Under the pieces are notes generated by a model. That model searched no databases. It had not been told where the DNA came from and was given only the letters and a program-made list of their open reading frames with translations. Made by a program: the position numbers and the translations under genes. Positions 59,473 through 64,000 of a DNA stretch of 64,000 bases are shown here, one piece after another. Numbering within the stretch: position 1 is the first letter of the stretch; each line of letters starts with the position of its first letter. The stretch is from Nannocystales bacterium (GTDB lineage Bacteria; Myxococcota_A; Polyangia; Nannocystales; Nannocystaceae), in contig JBOEGF010000015.1 of the NCBI GenBank assembly GCA_050633305.1, positions 1 to 64,000 of the forward strand, read 5' to 3'.

Positions 59473-60225
59473 TCAGCGTTTCTCGAGCGCCTTTCGAATG
59501 TCGTCCTCGAGCTTGCCCATGCAGTCTTCTTTGTACCCGTGGTACGAGCCGATGATCGTCCCCGTGGTGTCCACCACGTAGGTGAACGGGAAGTTGGGCG
59601 CACCGTACTGTCCGGCGTAGGACTCGCCGCCGAGCAAGACCTTGGCGCGGAGCTTTCGTTTCGCGACGAGTTTCTTGACGGGCTCGGCCTCCTCATCAGT
59701 TGCGATCGCAACCAGCGTCATGCCGGCCTTTCGGTACCGCCGGTAGAGACGGTCGAACTCGGGGAGTTCCTTGAGGCACGGTGCGCACCACGTGCCCCAA
59801 AAGTTCACCAGCATCACGCGCTTGCGATAGCGACCGTTGGTGACCTCCTTGCCCTCGAGATCCTTGAGGCGAAACGACTTGAGCTTGGTGCCGACGCCTG
59901 CGTCCCGGCCACAGCTGGCCTTGACCTTCTTGAACAGAGGCTTGGGAAGCGCGTTCGCAACCTTGGCGGGTGCGGGAGTCTCCGGCGTGGCCGCGGCTGG
60001 TTCCGGTTCCACCGGAGTCTCGGGTTCCGCCGGCTGGTCGGGTGACTCGGGTTCCGCAGGCGCTTCCGGTTCGGCGACGGCTTCGGGCTCCGAGACAGGC
60101 TCGGCCGGAGCAGCCTCGGCCGAGGCCATCGGTGCCGCCTGCTCCGGAGACGTCGGCGTAGGCTCAGCGGGTGCAGGTTTGCAAGCGATCGCAAGGAGCG
60201 CGAAAGGAGCGAGTCGTCGCAGCAT
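59473..60225 (-). CDS. TlpA-family thiol-disulfide oxidoreductase lipoprotein
   Basis: AIA-C lipobox; Pro/Glu linker; VNFWGTWCAPC; FPFTYVVD. Confidence 0.9.
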   Translation of the reverse strand: MLRRLAPFALLAIACKPAPAEPTPTSPEQAAPMASAEAAPAEPVSEPEAVAEPEAPAEPESPDQPAEPETPVEPEPAAATPETPAPAKVANALPKPLFKKVKASCGRDAGVGTKLKSFRLKDLEGKEVTNGRYRKRVMLVNFWGTWCAPCLKELPEFDRLYRRYRKAGMTLVAIATDEEAEPVKKLVAKRKLRAKVLLGGESYAGQYGAPNFPFTYVVDTTGTIIGSYHGYKEDCMGKLEDDIRKALEKR

Positions 60226-60422
60226 CTCCTCAGACCCTACCCGCTTCGGAGACGAAACGTTACCTGAGGGATATCGAACCGGCCCATGCTCACGGACCAA
60301 AGCTCTGAGGCCGAGAATTGGCCCGGATGCTTCAGCGCGCCGGCGAAGTTGCGCCTGCGAAGCCGGGTCGCCGCGGACCGCTGCGCTCCGCGCGAGACCA
60401 GGCGGCACCTCGATGGTAGCGA

Positions 60423-60459
60423 TGTCAGTTGAACACAGCGCTTGTCAGCGGTATGTCAG
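60423..60459 (+). promoter_or_regulatory. TGTCAG repeats upstream of the WYL gene (candidate autoregulatory site)
   Basis: TGTCAG at 60423, 60443 and 60454; TGTCA-N6-TGTCA is one mismatch from the palindrome at 61783. Confidence 0.5.
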
Positions 60460-60463
60460 CTGA

Positions 60464-61105
60464 ATGAAGCGCACGCAGCGGCTGTTCGCGCTCACCGAGT
60501 ACCTCCGGGGTCGTCGGACCGGCGTCACCGCGGCAGCGCTTGCGGAGCGCTTCGGCGTCACGCTGCGCACCATCTACCGAGACCTCGACTCCCTGCGCGA
60601 CGCCTCCTTGCCGCTCGCGGCTGAGCGTGGGCGGGGAGGTGGCTACGCGCTCGACAAGAGCTACAGCTTGCCGCCAGTCAACTTCACCGCACGTGAAGCG
60701 GCGCTGTTGATCGCGATGGGGCGCCATGCCATCGACACGCGTCTCATGCCCTTTACGGACACACTCCAGTCGGCGCTCGACAAAGTCCGCGCAGCGCTGA
60801 CCGGGTCCGCCCAGCGAGAGCTTCTGGCACGTCTCGGCGAGCTTTCGTTTCTCGGTGTGCCCGCGCTCCCCAGCGAGAAGAAGGTTCGTGCCGCGGTGGA
60901 ACGGGCCTGGTTCGAGCAACGGCCGCTGCGCATCGTTTATGTGGACGGCAACCTCGTCGAGACGACGCGGCGGATACGGATCCACGGCGTCGTGATGGAG
61001 CGCCACGAGACCCGGCTCGACGCCGAAGACCTCGACGCAGAGAAGCGCCGCCACTTTCGGCTCGACCGCATCGTGCGCGCCGTGGTGCTCCGCGCCGAGG
61101 TCTGA
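60464..61105 (+). CDS. YafY-like HTH-WYL transcriptional regulator
   Basis: LAERFGVTLRTIYRDLDSL, GRGGGYAL; C-terminal RHFRLDRI. Confidence 0.9.
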   Translation: MKRTQRLFALTEYLRGRRTGVTAAALAERFGVTLRTIYRDLDSLRDASLPLAAERGRGGGYALDKSYSLPPVNFTAREAALLIAMGRHAIDTRLMPFTDTLQSALDKVRAALTGSAQRELLARLGELSFLGVPALPSEKKVRAAVERAWFEQRPLRIVYVDGNLVETTRRIRIHGVVMERHETRLDAEDLDAEKRRHFRLDRIVRAVVLRAEV

Positions 61106-61109
61106 CGGC

Positions 61110-61721
61110 TCAGGCCGCAGTCAGCTTCTGATTGGCGGGGCGTGCCGAACAACGCTCGACCCACGCGGCCAAGTTGGGGAACGCGGTGAGGTCGATGCCG
61201 CAGAAGCTCATCCAATGGAAATGCGACACGAGGTGGAAGTCCACCACAGAGACGTTGTCACCGAGCATGTACTGCCGCTCTGCGAGGTTGGATTCGACCA
61301 TCGCGTTGAGCCGATCGATATCCTTGCGAGCCTCAGCCCCCGCGGCGGCGTTGCGCAGGGCCTCTTCGCCCTGGGTGTTGCCGAGCCAACGACCCACGGC
61401 AGCGCTCAACGAGACGTTGGCCCACACCAGCCACTTCAGAGCCTCTCCACGCTCCGGTCCAGGTTTCGGATACAGGCCCTTCTCCACCCCGAACGTCTCG
61501 CCGAGGTAGATCTGGATGGCGGCCGACTCGAAGATGACCGTCCCGTCGTGGACGAGCACGGGCACGGCCATGTTCGGGTTCACGGGGCCAAGTTTTGCTT
61601 TCTTGTCGGCGTCGTCCTTGAGGTCGACCTGGACGCCCTCGTACGGGATCTGGAGTTCCTCGAGGCTCCAGTGAACAGTCGAGGCGGTGGACATGGGGGC
61701 GAAATAGAAGGTGATGCTCAT
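61110..61721 (-). CDS. Glutathione S-transferase family protein
   Basis: VNPNMAVPVL, IFESAAIQIYL, PNLAAWVERCSARP. Confidence 0.92.
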   Translation of the reverse strand: MSITFYFAPMSTASTVHWSLEELQIPYEGVQVDLKDDADKKAKLGPVNPNMAVPVLVHDGTVIFESAAIQIYLGETFGVEKGLYPKPGPERGEALKWLVWANVSLSAAVGRWLGNTQGEEALRNAAAGAEARKDIDRLNAMVESNLAERQYMLGDNVSVVDFHLVSHFHWMSFCGIDLTAFPNLAAWVERCSARPANQKLTAA

Positions 61722-61782
61722 GTGATTCCCTGCGGTTGGGCGCGTCGTGGCGCCTGTTCGATGTCCTTCTCCCACACCGGAA

Positions 61783-61798
61783 TGACAGCCTTATGTCA
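61783..61798. promoter_or_regulatory. Palindrome TGACA-N6-TGTCA (candidate WYL-regulator operator)
   Basis: TGACAGCCTTATGTCA in the divergent GST/sulfotransferase intergenic region. Confidence 0.6.
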
Positions 61799-61884
61799 GC
61801 TTTGTTTTCTGGAGTCTCGGGAGCTTTCGCGACGCTCGCGCGCGGTGGTCCGGGCGGCCGGGTGCCTGTGTCACCCTTTCGGGT

Positions 61885-62514
61885 GTGAAGGTCATCGGAG
61901 CCGGATTGTCGCGGACGGGGACGATGTCGATGCGAGCTGCCCTCGAACGGTTGCTCGGCGGCCCGTGCCACCACATGGAGGTCGTCGCCAAGGACCGCGT
62001 CCAACTCGACCACTGGCACGGGTGGGCACTGGACGGTCAGCCCCTCAACCTCGCTGCGATGTACGCCGACTACGCCGCCTGTGTCGACGCCCCGTCATGT
62101 TTCGTCTGGCGCGAACTCATGCAGCAGTACCCCGATGCAAAGGTCGTCCTCACCGTGCGGGACCCAGAGCGGTGGTTCACCAGCTTTGAGGGTCTGTACC
62201 GAACCACGCGTTGGGCTCGTCCGCTCGGTCTGGTCTCCAAGCAGATCCGGCGGTTCGTGGAGCTGACCGAGGCGATCATCGAACGGGAGCTAGGGGCAGT
62301 GGACCACGACGCCAACATCGAGACATTCGAACGACACAACGAAGCGGTGCAAGCAGAAGTCCCCGCGGACAATCTGCTCGTCTTCAATGTGGCGGAGGGC
62401 TGGGCACCGCTGTGCGAGTTCCTGGAGATGCCCATTCCTTCGGAGCCCTTCCCACACCTCAATGAGGGGGTCGCGACGATCCGCGAGAAGTTCAAAGAGT
62501 TCGCGCGCTCGTAG
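61885..62514 (+). CDS. Sulfotransferase-family (Sulfotransfer_4) P-loop protein
   Basis: KVIGAGLSRTGT.S...PCHHM; YPDAKVVLTVRDPERW; GWAPLCEFL..P.P.EPFPHLN. Confidence 0.88.
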   Translation: MKVIGAGLSRTGTMSMRAALERLLGGPCHHMEVVAKDRVQLDHWHGWALDGQPLNLAAMYADYAACVDAPSCFVWRELMQQYPDAKVVLTVRDPERWFTSFEGLYRTTRWARPLGLVSKQIRRFVELTEAIIERELGAVDHDANIETFERHNEAVQAEVPADNLLVFNVAEGWAPLCEFLEMPIPSEPFPHLNEGVATIREKFKEFARS

Positions 62515-62540
62515 ATCGTCCGACAGGGAGCGCCGGGAGG

Positions 62541-63152
62541 CTACTCGGGAGGCCAACCCGGCAGCTGGCTGTACGAGGCACCGGGCTCCACCCGTTCGCC
62601 TGCATCGTTCGCAGACAGCTCGCCCGGACGCACACGGAGCTCCGCGCGGCCAACGTGTGTCCGTTTTGCGTGCAGCCACTTGTTGCGCTCGGAGACCCAA
62701 GCCTCGACCGCCTCTCGAACCTCGCTGGGAATCGGGCGGTTGTCCACGATGTTGGCCATCGAAGCGCCCTGCTGCCATCGAATGACCATCACCGCGCTCG
62801 CTGGCGCTCCGGGCAACGACGACGGATCCGGGGGTGGCTCGGGCGGTGTTTGACCCATCCGTCCTGCGAGGCCTCTAGGGGCGCTCTCCCGTTCGTCCGC
62901 CTCCCGCATCTGAGCCAGCAGGGTCTCCCTCGCCTGCTCTCTCCCGGCGAGTTCCTCCGCGTCGAGGGGACGGGTCGCATCCCGGAGCTCGCGGAAGGCC
63001 GCCTCACCGACAGCTTTGGGGTCGACGACACCGAGCACCTCGACCATCTCGGGCCTCTGTGCCACCCAGGTCTTTGCATCCTCGAGCGATTCGAACTCGG
63101 CGATCAACGACTCTTGCGTGTCGATGCGTTTGATTTTGAGCCCCACCGTCAT
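62541..63152 (-). CDS. Hypothetical protein
   Basis: Plausible globular ORF filling the gap after the aminotransferase, on the same strand. Confidence 0.7.
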   Translation of the reverse strand: MTVGLKIKRIDTQESLIAEFESLEDAKTWVAQRPEMVEVLGVVDPKAVGEAAFRELRDATRPLDAEELAGREQARETLLAQMREADERESAPRGLAGRMGQTPPEPPPDPSSLPGAPASAVMVIRWQQGASMANIVDNRPIPSEVREAVEAWVSERNKWLHAKRTHVGRAELRVRPGELSANDAGERVEPGASYSQLPGWPPE

Positions 63153-63221
63153 GCCCCGATTATCGCCCCGGGACGTCATCCCGTTCCCGGCAAGACTTGC
63201 CGGGAGCGGGCCGGCCGGGTC

Positions 63222-64000
63222 TCAAGTCACCGAAGCGACGGCCTTGCCCAACTTGTCCCAAGCCTCGGCGAGGATGTCTTCCCCCGCCCAGTACGGGAAC
63301 AGCCAGCGCAATGCGATGCCGCCGCTGGCGGTGACCAGCAGTCCCTGCTCTGCAGTGGCGCCGACCAACTTCGAGACCAGCTCCGGGTCGCCGAAGTCCA
63401 TGCCCAGCATCGAGCCCAGGCCCCTGACCTCGCGCACGGCTGAGATCGGCTTCGCTGCGGCGATCGCCTGCAGGGTCGCCAGCTGGGCGCCCGCCCGCGC
63501 GAACAGATCGTCGTCCCGCATGATGTCGAGCGTTTCCATGGCCGCCCGACACGCCAAAGGGTTTCCGCCGAAGGTGCTGCCATGCGTGCCGGGAACCATA
63601 TGGGCCGCGATGTCCCCTCGGGCCACGATCGCCGAGATGGGGAAACCGCCGCCGAGTGCCTTCGCCCACCAGATGATGTCCGGGTACAACTCGGGGTCGT
63701 CACCAACCAGCGTGGTCCAGGCCGAGAAGTCCCCGGTCCGTCCGCTACCAGCTTGGATTTCGTCCAGTCCCAGCAGTGCCCCGTGCTGACGACACAGCCC
63801 GTGAAGTCCGACCAGGAAGTCGCGCTTGGCGGGGTTGATGCCGCCCTCCCCTTGCACAGGCTCCAAGCAGACCATCGCAACGCGGCCCTCATACTGCTCC
63901 AACAGCTTGGCCGTGGCCTCGAGGTCACCGAAGGGAGCCCGCACCACATTCATGTGGGCGAAGCGCTTGCCGTCGTCCTCGGGCGTGGTGAGGAACCCGT
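63222..64000 (-). CDS. argD: Class III PLP aminotransferase, acetylornithine aminotransferase-like (5' end outside the window)
   Basis: EPVQGEGG, DEIQAG.GRTG, AKALGGGFP (PLP Lys), HGSTFGGNPLAC. Confidence 0.75.
   Translation of the reverse strand, partial: GFLTTPEDDGKRFAHMNVVRAPFGDLEATAKLLEQYEGRVAMVCLEPVQGEGGINPAKRDFLVGLHGLCRQHGALLGLDEIQAGSGRTGDFSAWTTLVGDDPELYPDIIWWAKALGGGFPISAIVARGDIAAHMVPGTHGSTFGGNPLACRAAMETLDIMRDDDLFARAGAQLATLQAIAAAKPISAVREVRGLGSMLGMDFGDPELVSKLVGATAEQGLLVTASGGIALRWLFPYWAGEDILAEAWDKLGKAVASVT

Noticed and set aside
60464..61105. WYL gene as a marker of a defence island
   Set aside because: Neighbours are GST, sulfotransferase and TlpA; no nuclease, CRISPR, BREX or CBASS genes.

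Overview
High-GC chromosomal window, by eye roughly two-thirds G+C, that looks myxobacterial (Nannocystaceae/Plesiocystis-like by gene content). Signs are many lipoproteins with Ser/Gly/Thr-rich linkers, MYXO-CTERM sorting signals and three eukaryotic-like Ser/Thr kinases. About 55 CDS; I saw no rRNA, tRNA, CRISPR array, IS element or prophage. Recognisable genes: bioY, cti, hscC with two paralogous J-domain genes, psd, topB, an M13 peptidase, a MATE transporter, a TlpA thioredoxin and a partial argD-like aminotransferase. Most interesting: (i) each kinase sits beside a different transcription output (an ECF sigma with a C-terminal extension; a helical-repeat/double-HTH protein next to a surface glycan-lyase-like cluster; an FHA-LuxR fusion after a haem-c/lipoprotein/Tat-DUF1501-like operon); (ii) an HscC system whose two J-proteins carry KPD instead of HPD; (iii) a WYL regulator with a visible TGACA-N6-TGTCA palindrome between divergent GST and sulfotransferase genes; (iv) three apparent gene relics. 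All family calls come from motif recognition by eye, not database searches. Several starts were moved downstream of the ORF track to more plausible codons.
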